A stretch of DNA of 64,000 bases from a virus, in IMG/VR virus record IMGVR_UViG_3300010370_000030, positions 1 to 64,000 of that record; one strand, given 5' to 3'. The notes beneath the pieces were generated by a model that worked only from the letters and a program-made list of their open reading frames with translations, did no database searches and was not told the DNA's origin. How positions within the stretch are numbered: the stretch's first letter is position 1; each line of letters opens with the position of its first letter. Shown here piece after piece: positions 35,066-43,834 of the stretch. The position numbers and the translations under genes were made by a program.

Positions 35066-36667
35066 TCAACCCACCATCATACTGCTTGGAGCAGAATCAA
35101 AGGTTGTCCCTTCATCGAGCGATCCTCTGTTGGCTATTGGTGAGGGAATGGGTGCTGAATCACGTTGTTCATTCAATACCGATGCGTCAGATGACTGAAT
35201 AACTTGCGGGGTTGGTACATCAGTACGTACCGCGTTCACAATATTATTCAACATCATTGTCATATTTGAGATAGTCGAACCAGTGTCAATGTTTTGAGGC
35301 TGTATTTGATTTACAGCTTGATTAAACATATTTTGAAAAAACGGAGGTGCTTCTGATGGAGCACTTATGGGTTCTCCTGAACCAAATAAGCCAGACAAAT
35401 TAGATGGTATTTGTGATGTGTTTTCTTTAAAATCACGTCGATCCGATGTTGTTGACGATTCGCTCATCAAATTTTCGACTGGATTTGAGGCCGAGCTAGA
35501 CAACATAGGTTGTCGTTCCGGTTTTACTTCAGATGACTGATTGAGAGCGTTATTTGCCTCTGGTAATGGCTGAGTTTGTTCCGACATGACAGGCGTAGCA
35601 CCACCAACATTACTAGGTGGGCTCGGCTGAGTCTGTAATGTATCAGGTGTATCCGTAAATGCTCGATTACTGAACGTGTTGTTTCTTATCGGTTCAGGAG
35701 TACTTACGGGCTGTGGTGAAGGAGGTGTTGGTTGCTCACCATATGTGGAAGGAGTGGCTGTTACAGCAACAGGAGGAGGGGTCGAAACAAGTGTTGGAGC
35801 AGGCGGTGGAGCGGATGGTATTTCAACAGGTTGTGGTCCAGGAGCTGTGCCTTGCAAGTCTGTCGCGGCTTGACCTAGATCAACAGTACCTTCTTGAGGT
35901 TCTAATGTTGGTGGAGGCGGCGGCTCGATTACTGGTGGAGATGGTGGAGTACCCATCATGTCCGTCGCTACATCACCATAGTCTATTGATCTACTGTCAT
36001 CTTCTTCAACGTCATCGCTCTCGTCTGCATCATTTTGTTCTATGTTACCTGGCACCAAGTAGTCCGGTGCATCTTGTTCATTAGCAGCTAACATAGCAGG
36101 TGTGAGAGCGGCTATAGTAGCTACAGTAGCACCACCCATGATAGCCGGACCAAGCAAGAGCTTACCAAGGTTAGCTAGACCGCTCTTTATTAACGAACGT
36201 GTTTTGGTTGTAGCTCTTAGTAATGAACCAAGAATACCACCCTTGGTGTCATCAGTACCTGTATCGGTGCCTCCGGCAGACGCTTTTTTAACTACCTCAG
36301 CTTCAACGGCTTTTTCTTCGTTCTCTTCTTCTTCGACAGCCGCTTTTTCCTTTGAGAGTCTTTCTTTTTGGAACTTGAGTGTGTCTTCCATGCGTGCTAC
36401 GTGCTTCGACCACACAGCAGCTATGTTGAAAATATTATCAGATATGTTAACAACAACGGGCTCTATTCTAACAATCGTTGTGTTTATATTGGTTTGAACG
36501 TTTTGTTGCTCGGCTAAAGCGGAAGAAACAGGATCGTCTTCTTCTTTTTTAAGAACCCGCTTTGATATAGCTTGACCTATAGTACCTGAACCAAAAAATC
36601 CTGTTATGATTTTTTGCTTAGCGACTTTCTTTAGTTCAGCAGATATTTCTGACGCATACGAAGCCAT
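35066..36667 (-). CDS. Pro-rich tail-associated protein (gp29-like locus)
   Basis: Position; coiled coil, hydrophobic segment, low-complexity C-terminus; shares D.AT.M.GTP motif with the downstream gene. Confidence 0.6.
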   Translation of the reverse strand: MASYASEISAELKKVAKQKIITGFFGSGTIGQAISKRVLKKEEDDPVSSALAEQQNVQTNINTTIVRIEPVVVNISDNIFNIAAVWSKHVARMEDTLKFQKERLSKEKAAVEEEENEEKAVEAEVVKKASAGGTDTGTDDTKGGILGSLLRATTKTRSLIKSGLANLGKLLLGPAIMGGATVATIAALTPAMLAANEQDAPDYLVPGNIEQNDADESDDVEEDDSRSIDYGDVATDMMGTPPSPPVIEPPPPPTLEPQEGTVDLGQAATDLQGTAPGPQPVEIPSAPPPAPTLVSTPPPVAVTATPSTYGEQPTPPSPQPVSTPEPIRNNTFSNRAFTDTPDTLQTQPSPPSNVGGATPVMSEQTQPLPEANNALNQSSEVKPERQPMLSSSASNPVENLMSESSTTSDRRDFKENTSQIPSNLSGLFGSGEPISAPSEAPPFFQNMFNQAVNQIQPQNIDTGSTISNMTMMLNNIVNAVRTDVPTPQVIQSSDASVLNEQRDSAPIPSPIANRGSLDEGTTFDSAPSSMMVG

Positions 36668-36837
36668 TATTGTTGCTGGAGCCTTTGTTGTTCATTTTTC
36701 AGATGTTCTTTGAGCATATCACCATAAAGATCACGTTCAAATGGATAAAGGTTTTCAAGCTCGATTATCGAATATTTATGATGCTGAACCATCGCGAACA
36801 TAAACTGGTAGTAGTTCGCTATGCTGTTGTGGCTCAG
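36667..36837 (-). CDS. 51: gp51-like baseplate hub assembly protein (no proper start; probably reached by -1 frameshift)
   Basis: LSHNSIANYYQFMFAMVQHHKYSIIELENLYPFERDLY; not in ORF track. Confidence 0.75.
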   Translation of the reverse strand: MSHNSIANYYQFMFAMVQHHKYSIIELENLYPFERDLYGDMLKEHLKNEQQRLQQQ

Positions 36838-37544
36838 CCCAACGTGAAAAAATCAGTTAGTGTCCTGAGCACAATCTTAACAACCCTACCCTTAGAGTTT
36901 GTGTACTGAATTTCGTGTTGTATACGCGGCATTGCATCAATAAATTCTTGTATCTGCTGGTATGCATTGACGGGTAACGATTCAACAAACTCGAATAATT
37001 CTTCTTTTGAGTAAGTACGAGGATCGTGTTCAACACCCTCAGCACAAATCTTATCAATGCATGATTGGATGATAAAGAAATTAAAATCAACACCTTCGCT
37101 GATACTTTCTGCATCGTTAATCAGGTTCACCCTTGGATGACGAATTTTCAAAGACACCTGGTCGCTGATACTAATCTCGTTGCTAACCTCTTTTGGGTAT
37201 GTTACTTCTACGCTTTCAAGATCAACTTCGATATCATAAAGCTGCTCATCTTCATTGTCACGGTACGTTAATTTTATAACGTTCTGGACTGATTTTGATC
37301 TTAGTTTAATAAAGAAGTACTCAAGATCATATGTTGTAAAATCATCAATATTGATACCTAAGCTCAATATACAGTTGGCAACCACCTGCTTCACTGCACG
37401 TAAAATATCGGTTTGCTCACCACTTGCTTGAGCAATGAGAAGGATCTTTTCTTCTTTAACTAAAAAAGGTCTGTATTGTACGATCTGCTTTGTTGAAGGC
37501 AAAGTCAGCGTAAACGTTGGGTGCTGTATCACCGGTAAGCCCAT
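36834..37544 (-). CDS. 26: Baseplate hub assembly chaperone gp26
   Basis: LP...P.F.L.LPST....YRPFLVKEEKILLIA...DLEYFFIKLRSKSV...DFF. Confidence 0.9.
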   Translation of the reverse strand: MGLPVIQHPTFTLTLPSTKQIVQYRPFLVKEEKILLIAQASGEQTDILRAVKQVVANCILSLGINIDDFTTYDLEYFFIKLRSKSVQNVIKLTYRDNEDEQLYDIEVDLESVEVTYPKEVSNEISISDQVSLKIRHPRVNLINDAESISEGVDFNFFIIQSCIDKICAEGVEHDPRTYSKEELFEFVESLPVNAYQQIQEFIDAMPRIQHEIQYTNSKGRVVKIVLRTLTDFFTLG

Positions 37545-37560
37545 AATCAACTCCTATTAT

Positions 37561-38409
37561 TTAACGAAATATACCAGATGCATTACTCAGCGTAGTTGAA
37601 GAAGCAAGAGCATCCTGAATGCTGCGTGGCTTGCGAATTGTTCTAAGCGCTTGCACAGCTGTTGTAAGTTTAACCAGCTTTTGCAGTGTGCTGAGTTTGC
37701 CGATGTTTGTATTACTACTACCTTGAAATGGCTGTTTAACGTTGAGTAGCTCGGCGTGCATAAAACAAAATGTAATCCCAAATTGCATGTAACCGTCGGT
37801 ATCCTTCCATGATAGTGATACATCGGGAACAATCTTAGGGAATGCGTTGTAAAGTCTGTACTCTAAAATCTTATCGTTCTGCTCGTTGTATGTTGTTATA
37901 TCGATATCAGATTTATAATTTTCTTTAAACTCAACTTCATATGGTGCAAGACCAGTTGCACTAGATTGACGTGATGAATTTATTTGACCATCGCCGTTAA
38001 CAATCCCGTGCATCCATCCATAGAAAAACTTGTAGATCTCACCAGCACCATCACCGATGAAGTTGAGTGTAATGTCATTGAACTGCATTGAGTATGGGAT
38101 GTTTTCTGTTGGTCCGACACCAAATCTCTTTATACTATCGTCTGTTTGGATGCTGATAGCTGGTAGCTGAGCACCTTCTGCAAATAGAGAAATCTTTTGA
38201 ACAGTGGCCGTTGACTTCTCATCCCCTTGCATTATTTTTGGAAAGGGGATCATTACATCAAAAAGATTTGTTCGGCTGACAGACGAGTTACGAATCTCAG
38301 TAAGGAAGCTGTTATATCGCCCCGTAGGCCCGGACTTCTTTTTTCCAAAGAGTGACTTTAACGTTGCGAATGTACCAAGCGCGTTTAACCCTGTATTCAG
38401 TAAACCCAT
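37561..38409 (-). CDS. Tail tube-like / gp54-like initiator
   Basis: RTNLFDV...AQLP...IPY...LYNAFP...LSW; synteny. Confidence 0.7.
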   Translation of the reverse strand: MGLLNTGLNALGTFATLKSLFGKKKSGPTGRYNSFLTEIRNSSVSRTNLFDVMIPFPKIMQGDEKSTATVQKISLFAEGAQLPAISIQTDDSIKRFGVGPTENIPYSMQFNDITLNFIGDGAGEIYKFFYGWMHGIVNGDGQINSSRQSSATGLAPYEVEFKENYKSDIDITTYNEQNDKILEYRLYNAFPKIVPDVSLSWKDTDGYMQFGITFCFMHAELLNVKQPFQGSSNTNIGKLSTLQKLVKLTTAVQALRTIRKPRSIQDALASSTTLSNASGIFR

Positions 38410-38984
38410 TATTTTACCATATCCCTTGAATTGCGCCAGACAGTCTCTTTTCTACGTTTTTGGAATCTTTCAAGTGGTAGAAACAGAGCAGTGTTCCATT
38501 GTTCAGCAGGAATCCACAGGAATCTGCTTTTTACATGGCTATTTAGATAGTGTTTGACGCATGGTTCAAAGTATTTGAACTTCGAAGACGAGCTTAGTAT
38601 TTGATATGATATTTTTAGTTTAGTTGTGTCGTCATAGACCTTATTGTTTGCAAGATCGAGAAGACTATCCATTAAACGTGCTCTTAAAATATGTGGTAGG
38701 TAGTGTAAGTTGATTCCATAAAAACCACCATCTACTCGTTGGAACGGAAAAATTAGAGGAAACCTATCATAGTACGGTAGCTGATCCTTTGTTTTTGGAT
38801 CATAGTGAAATAAGTACATTCGACCAATGGCTATTCTTGAAACAAGACGCTTATTACCATCGATCAGTTGTCTGGGATTACGAACGTTGGCAGCCTGTTC
38901 TTGCAACCAGTTCTGTGCATTTTGTTGCGTCTGTGCCGCGTTAGTGTTCCCTTGAAGAACACCATAAAATGTATTGGTTGCCAT
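38409..38984 (-). CDS. 2: DNA end protector gp2
   Basis: GRMYLFHYDPKTK..LPYYDRFPL...GINLHYL...CVKHYL. Confidence 0.92.
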   Translation of the reverse strand: MATNTFYGVLQGNTNAAQTQQNAQNWLQEQAANVRNPRQLIDGNKRLVSRIAIGRMYLFHYDPKTKDQLPYYDRFPLIFPFQRVDGGFYGINLHYLPHILRARLMDSLLDLANNKVYDDTTKLKISYQILSSSSKFKYFEPCVKHYLNSHVKSRFLWIPAEQWNTALFLPLERFQKRRKETVWRNSRDMVK

Positions 38985-39427
38985 TATATCTGCTTAATTC
39001 CTAATTCGTGTTCCGTTAAGATCATAAACTTCCATTTTCTGTCTTCACAATATGATGTAGCAGCTTGCCATTTAGCACTGTTTACACCCCACGTATACAC
39101 CTCTCTTAAATATTGTTTGGTCTTTTTTTGTTGTGGAATAGGAGGCTTCACCTCCTTTGCAGGCTTTATTTCAACAACGATAGTTTCATGATGACCGTCT
39201 TTGTTCTTCTTTTTAATTTTAAAGTCAGGAAAGTATCTATGAATTTTATTATCAATAGGAGAGCGGTAAGGTATTATTAACTCCTCACTGGACCATTCAA
39301 TTATGTCCTTGTGAGCGTCTAAATACCTCATAAACTTTAACTCCCAACTACTTCGATAGATGATGTTAGAGGGATCGCCCCTGTATTTAGTGGGGTCAGT
39401 TGGTTTGAAAAGACCTTTATAGCTCAT
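38984..39427 (-). CDS. 4: Head completion nuclease gp4
   Basis: YKG.FKP..P.KYRGD...YRSSWE...WSSEE...HRYFPDF...EIKP. Confidence 0.93.
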   Translation of the reverse strand: MSYKGLFKPTDPTKYRGDPSNIIYRSSWELKFMRYLDAHKDIIEWSSEELIIPYRSPIDNKIHRYFPDFKIKKKNKDGHHETIVVEIKPAKEVKPPIPQQKKTKQYLREVYTWGVNSAKWQAATSYCEDRKWKFMILTEHELGIKQI

Positions 39428-39432
39428 AGGAC

Positions 39433-39440
39433 TATTTATA
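39433..39440 (-). promoter_or_regulatory. T4-type late promoter TATAAATA
   Basis: Exact consensus directly upstream of gene 4. Confidence 0.75.
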
Positions 39441-40522
39441 TGTTAGATTCAATATCCAGCGGGTTAAGCAGTGCCGGCTCGGCTTTGCAAGGAGGCGTTC
39501 AATCAGCTTTTAGCTCTGCGTCGTCGCTAGCAGAAAAAGTTGGCGTGAAGGACATCGCAGGTGGTATCAAGGATGGGTTTGGAAAAGCATCGGATGCAAT
39601 AGGTGGCATATTTAAAAAAGCACCATCTGTTAAAGCCGATACCTCATTTCCATCGTCTACGCTACCTCGTGCTACAGCGCGTAAAGAAGAAACACCACAG
39701 TTTGTAGCACCTGTCCCTGGTACGCCACTTATATATCCGGTGGATATGAAGTACTTTACAAAATTCACGTTTTATCAGTATAAGCGTCTCATTGCTACAG
39801 AAACACCAAAACAATTACCTACGGCTACGATCGTGTTGCCGATGCCTTCTAATCTCAGCGAAGCGTTCACTGTTGGTTATGATACCCCAGCACTAGGAAC
39901 GCTGGCCGGTGTAGGGAGCGAGGGTTTAATGAAGGCTTTGGAGGGTGCGAAGTTAGGTAACGACGCCGTGTCAATGGTGAAAGGTGCTTTAGGAGGTGCT
40001 ACGGAAGGAGGGACGGTTAAAGGTATGGCATCAGCGGCCACATTAGCAGCGGCGATGAATTTCATGAAGAATAATAAAGGGACCATAGGTCAAGATCTCA
40101 TAAGAAAAACCACGGGAATGGTACCAAACCCCTTTTTGGCTGTGCTGTTTAGAAATGTGGATATGCGTACCCACCAATTCAGTTACCGTTTTGCGCCTAA
40201 TAATTTAAAAGAATTGCAGACTGTAAAATCTATCATTAAACAATTAAAAATAAGAATGTTGCCTGGTCTTCTTGAGGGTAGTTTAGACGCGGCGTTCACT
40301 TTTCCAGACACCTGTCTAATTTCTTTTGGTCCTGTTGAAAATCCACCGTATAAAATAAAGAGATGCGTACTTGAAAATATGAGTGTCAACTACTCACCTA
40401 ATGGGCCTGCTTTCTTCAAAACAGGTGATCCTGTAATTGTTGATGTTTCACTTTCTTTTAAAGAAATAGAAATATACACAAGAAGAGATGAATTAGGTCC
40501 TCGTTCAACAAGTCCGATTTAA
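39440..40522 (+). CDS. 48: Baseplate tail tube cap gp48
   Basis: LPMP...NP....LF..V..R.HQF...FAP...CVLENMSVNYSP...L.FKE. Confidence 0.85.
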   Translation: MLDSISSGLSSAGSALQGGVQSAFSSASSLAEKVGVKDIAGGIKDGFGKASDAIGGIFKKAPSVKADTSFPSSTLPRATARKEETPQFVAPVPGTPLIYPVDMKYFTKFTFYQYKRLIATETPKQLPTATIVLPMPSNLSEAFTVGYDTPALGTLAGVGSEGLMKALEGAKLGNDAVSMVKGALGGATEGGTVKGMASAATLAAAMNFMKNNKGTIGQDLIRKTTGMVPNPFLAVLFRNVDMRTHQFSYRFAPNNLKELQTVKSIIKQLKIRMLPGLLEGSLDAAFTFPDTCLISFGPVENPPYKIKRCVLENMSVNYSPNGPAFFKTGDPVIVDVSLSFKEIEIYTRRDELGPRSTSPI

Positions 40523-40534
40523 ACAGGTACATCA

Positions 40535-41380
40535 ATGGCGTCATATTTTAAATATTTCCCTAGTTTATTACATAGTAACACTGTTGCTACAAATATCATA
40601 ACACGTATTCGGTTTGAGGAAAGTGTTAGAAAGAACGTTGTTGCTTTTTTCCCACATGTCGTTGAAGAAGGCCAACGCCCAGATCAGATAGCTGAGGGAT
40701 ATTATGGGGATCCTTCTTATGACTGGGTTGTGTACCTCACAAATAATATTATTGATCCATTCCACCAATGGCCAAAAACGCAACAAATCTTTGATGACTT
40801 CATTGTGTCGAAGTATGGATCGAGTGAAATCGCTCAGCAACAAACAGCCTTTTACAGAGTAAATTATGATAATGATGATAGGGTCCTCTCGCCGTCCGCC
40901 TATGCAGCTTTGAGCTCGATTCAAAAACAATATTGGACGCCGATATTGAATCAAAACAACATTATCATCAACTATCAAAGAAAAGAAATAGAAGACGCTA
41001 TTGAAACGAATAAAGTTGTATCGCTTGTTGGTACCTTTGGTAGTGTTGCGGAAGGTACGATAATAAAACAATCGTCGTCTGTTAAAGGCACCGTAAGTTT
41101 TGCAAACAGCACAAACATAGTGATTAAGCACGTGTCGGGTACATGGGCGGCAAACACACCTATCACAACAGTGCTAACAAACACATCGGTAACAGCAAAC
41201 ATCACTTCTGTATCTACTATTGCGTCTAGTTTAGATGCGGACGAGGTAAGTTATTGGTCACCTGTAAGTGTGTTTGATGTTGAGTTTGAGACGAACGAGT
41301 CTTTACGTCACATTGAGTTGGTTATACCATCGTACATAGATGTCATTGAAAAAGATATGCGAGGGTTACTCAAGTCATGA
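40535..41380 (+). CDS. 53: Baseplate wedge gp53
   Basis: YFKYFP...GQRPDQIA..YYGD...W.V...N.I.DP..QWP...NE..R.I. Confidence 0.85.
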   Translation: MASYFKYFPSLLHSNTVATNIITRIRFEESVRKNVVAFFPHVVEEGQRPDQIAEGYYGDPSYDWVVYLTNNIIDPFHQWPKTQQIFDDFIVSKYGSSEIAQQQTAFYRVNYDNDDRVLSPSAYAALSSIQKQYWTPILNQNNIIINYQRKEIEDAIETNKVVSLVGTFGSVAEGTIIKQSSSVKGTVSFANSTNIVIKHVSGTWAANTPITTVLTNTSVTANITSVSTIASSLDADEVSYWSPVSVFDVEFETNESLRHIELVIPSYIDVIEKDMRGLLKS

Positions 41381-42621
41381 ACCGAGCCCCATATGAAGTA
41401 GGTGATTTCCGTTTAAAATCACTGTCGATATCAACAAACGATGGTAAGGGTGTTGTTGTTAGTGTTGATCAGGTTGCCGCAATTGACATCTATGAAGATT
41501 TAACGAAACCAACAGTGTATGCTGAATTAGTTTTATTAGATTCAATCGGTTTAATTGAAAAGTTACCAATCATTGGTGAGGAGAAGGTTGAGATTGAGGT
41601 AGAGACGCCAGGTATAAGCTCGTCAGCAACATTCAAGTTCCGCTGCTTCAAGGTCTCTAATATACATCCACTTGACACAAGCAAGGGAGTAACTTACTTT
41701 CTTCATTGTGTGAGTGAAGAGCATTTACGTAACAGCCATGTTAAAAGAGATTTCATGACCGGTCTTGTAAGTGACATGGTTGAGCGGATTGTTACGAGAG
41801 ATCTGGCTACAGAAAAACCTTTCTTTTTTGATGCCACGAAAGGGATAGAAAGACTCGTGTTCCCTAATTTGAAACCTCTGGCATCGATCGATTTTCTGCG
41901 ACAAAGAGCTGTTGGTGCTGAAGACCCAGAATCTCCATATGTTTTCTTTGAGAACCAGTACGGTTTCAACTTTTCGACCCTGAAGGGTCTCTTTAAAAAA
42001 GGTTTACCAAAAGTTGAGTCGGAGAACAGAGTATTTAATTATCAACAGAATCCAATGTCGTCGCCTGAACAGCAAGCTGCTTCGTTCAGAACTTTGCTTA
42101 GTTATCAAACAGTATACAGTGGTGAAACAGCTAGGAATTTATCAAAAGGTGTTTATAAAAACGTAACCGGTGTCTTCGACATTGCAACAAAGAAGTTTGA
42201 AACACAAGAATTCATCCTTCAAGATAAGTTTGGTTCATTGGCTGCTGATACGACAAAAACAATACCTAATACGTCTGAGTGGATTGATACCTTTGGCTCA
42301 GAAGTACAGCGACGTTTCTTAAGCGTCAAAGATGGGTCGAAACCACAAGTTTTCTTTAACAATATCATAGGGGCTAAAAACTCTTTCGTGCTATTAATGA
42401 ACAGTGACATAACGCGTGTGAAGGTACCGGGCGATACGGGACTTGCTGTTGGCCAAGTAGTGAAACTTGAAATGCCAATTTTAGAGGGTACAACGGGTCG
42501 TAAAAATTTCGACGAAGTAACAACTGGATCATATTTAATCTTACGCCTCAGACATATGTTTACTTTAACAGAAAAGCTGAAACACTTCATCGTATTCGAC
42601 TGTGCGCAGATAGGAAGATAA
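41377..42621 (+). CDS. Baseplate hub protein (gp27-like)
   Basis: IYEDL...LPIIGEE...FFEN..GFNF...PG...L.VG...G.YLI...RH; located between 53 and 5. Confidence 0.7.
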   Translation: MNRAPYEVGDFRLKSLSISTNDGKGVVVSVDQVAAIDIYEDLTKPTVYAELVLLDSIGLIEKLPIIGEEKVEIEVETPGISSSATFKFRCFKVSNIHPLDTSKGVTYFLHCVSEEHLRNSHVKRDFMTGLVSDMVERIVTRDLATEKPFFFDATKGIERLVFPNLKPLASIDFLRQRAVGAEDPESPYVFFENQYGFNFSTLKGLFKKGLPKVESENRVFNYQQNPMSSPEQQAASFRTLLSYQTVYSGETARNLSKGVYKNVTGVFDIATKKFETQEFILQDKFGSLAADTTKTIPNTSEWIDTFGSEVQRRFLSVKDGSKPQVFFNNIIGAKNSFVLLMNSDITRVKVPGDTGLAVGQVVKLEMPILEGTTGRKNFDEVTTGSYLILRLRHMFTLTEKLKHFIVFDCAQIGR

Positions 42622-43404
42622 ATGACTACAAGATTTTTAGGCGAAGAAGGATTTCAGTGGTTTATTGGTGTCGTTGAGGACAGAGAGGATCCTGAAAAAC
42701 GAGGGCGAGTAAAAGTTCGTGTTCATGGATTGCATGATGAGAACAAGGCGCGCCTACCAACGTCAGGCTTACCTTGGGCCACGGTTGTACTACCAGCTAT
42801 CAGTGCAAGCCTTAAACAAGTTGGTATATCTGCTACAGGTCTACAAGTAGGATCCACAGTGCTTGGTTTTTTCTTAGACGGGAAAGAAGCAAATGTACCA
42901 GTTATTTTTGGATCAATACCAGGTATAGGTGATATACCACAGCTTGCAGCCGACAAACCTTTGATAAACAAACAACCACTTGGGCCTGAGCCTGTCTCTG
43001 CTTTCGCAGCAAAACATCCCTATAACAAAGTCGTTGTAACAGAATCTGGTCACGTATTTGAAGTTGATGACACACCCAACGCACAAAGGCTACATAATTA
43101 TCACAGGTCTGGTACCTATGAGGAAGTGGATGTATCGGGTCGGCGCGTAAATAAAGTGGTGGGAGACGACTACGAGATCGTTGCTAAAAATAAAACGATA
43201 TACATCCAAGGTGATTGGAACATAGAAGTAAAAGGCAACTTCACATTAAATGTGCAAGGGAACATTGTAATTAATGGTAAGAGTATAAACCTCAATCGAG
43301 GAACAAAAGGCGCGGCTAGAAGCGGTGATACCGTGCCTGATTCAGAATCCGACGGCACACAAGGGATTGGTGCTGGATCTTCAACAGTGTTTATAGGGAA
43401 TTAA
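42622..43404 (+). CDS. 5: Baseplate spike gp5 (OB fold plus beta-helix, no lysozyme)
   Basis: WFIGVVEDREDP...GRVKVRV...LPWA...YNKV..TESGH..EVDDTP. Confidence 0.9.
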   Translation: MTTRFLGEEGFQWFIGVVEDREDPEKRGRVKVRVHGLHDENKARLPTSGLPWATVVLPAISASLKQVGISATGLQVGSTVLGFFLDGKEANVPVIFGSIPGIGDIPQLAADKPLINKQPLGPEPVSAFAAKHPYNKVVVTESGHVFEVDDTPNAQRLHNYHRSGTYEEVDVSGRRVNKVVGDDYEIVAKNKTIYIQGDWNIEVKGNFTLNVQGNIVINGKSINLNRGTKGAARSGDTVPDSESDGTQGIGAGSSTVFIGN

Positions 43405-43405
43405 A

Positions 43406-43834
43406 ATGGCACTGGTTACAAGAGTAAAAACATCAACGCCCATCCGCCGAAAGCAAGAACTTTATTCTGATTTTTTTACTGACCTGCTTAGTTTAGATGT
43501 AACGCGCGATATCGCTAAGGCTGTGAATGAAGATGCTGTTAAGCAGTCGATTCGTAATCTCCTACTGACAAACAGAGGTGATCGACTGTTTAATAATACG
43601 CTAGGAAGCGACATATACTCGTTACTATTTGAGAACAGTAGCCCAGCTTTGGAACAAACACTATCCGATTACATCAAAACAACGATAGAAAATTATGAAC
43701 CACGTGCAGAATTAATCGATGTCGTTGTTGATAGCGAAGCAGATGAACATGAAGTGTTGGTTGTCATAAATTTTCGTGTTCTAAATAAGACTGAACCTGT
43801 TTCTCTCGAGCTAGTTTTAAATAGGATCCGATAA
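43406..43834 (+). CDS. 25: Baseplate wedge gp25
   Basis: AVKQSIRNLLLT..GDRLF...LLFE...YEPRA. Confidence 0.92.
   Translation: MALVTRVKTSTPIRRKQELYSDFFTDLLSLDVTRDIAKAVNEDAVKQSIRNLLLTNRGDRLFNNTLGSDIYSLLFENSSPALEQTLSDYIKTTIENYEPRAELIDVVVDSEADEHEVLVVINFRVLNKTEPVSLELVLNRIR

Noticed and set aside
38984-39427. TnsA transposase or homing endonuclease
   Set aside because: The fold similarity is expected for T4 gp4, and synteny with gp2 and gp48 supports head completion
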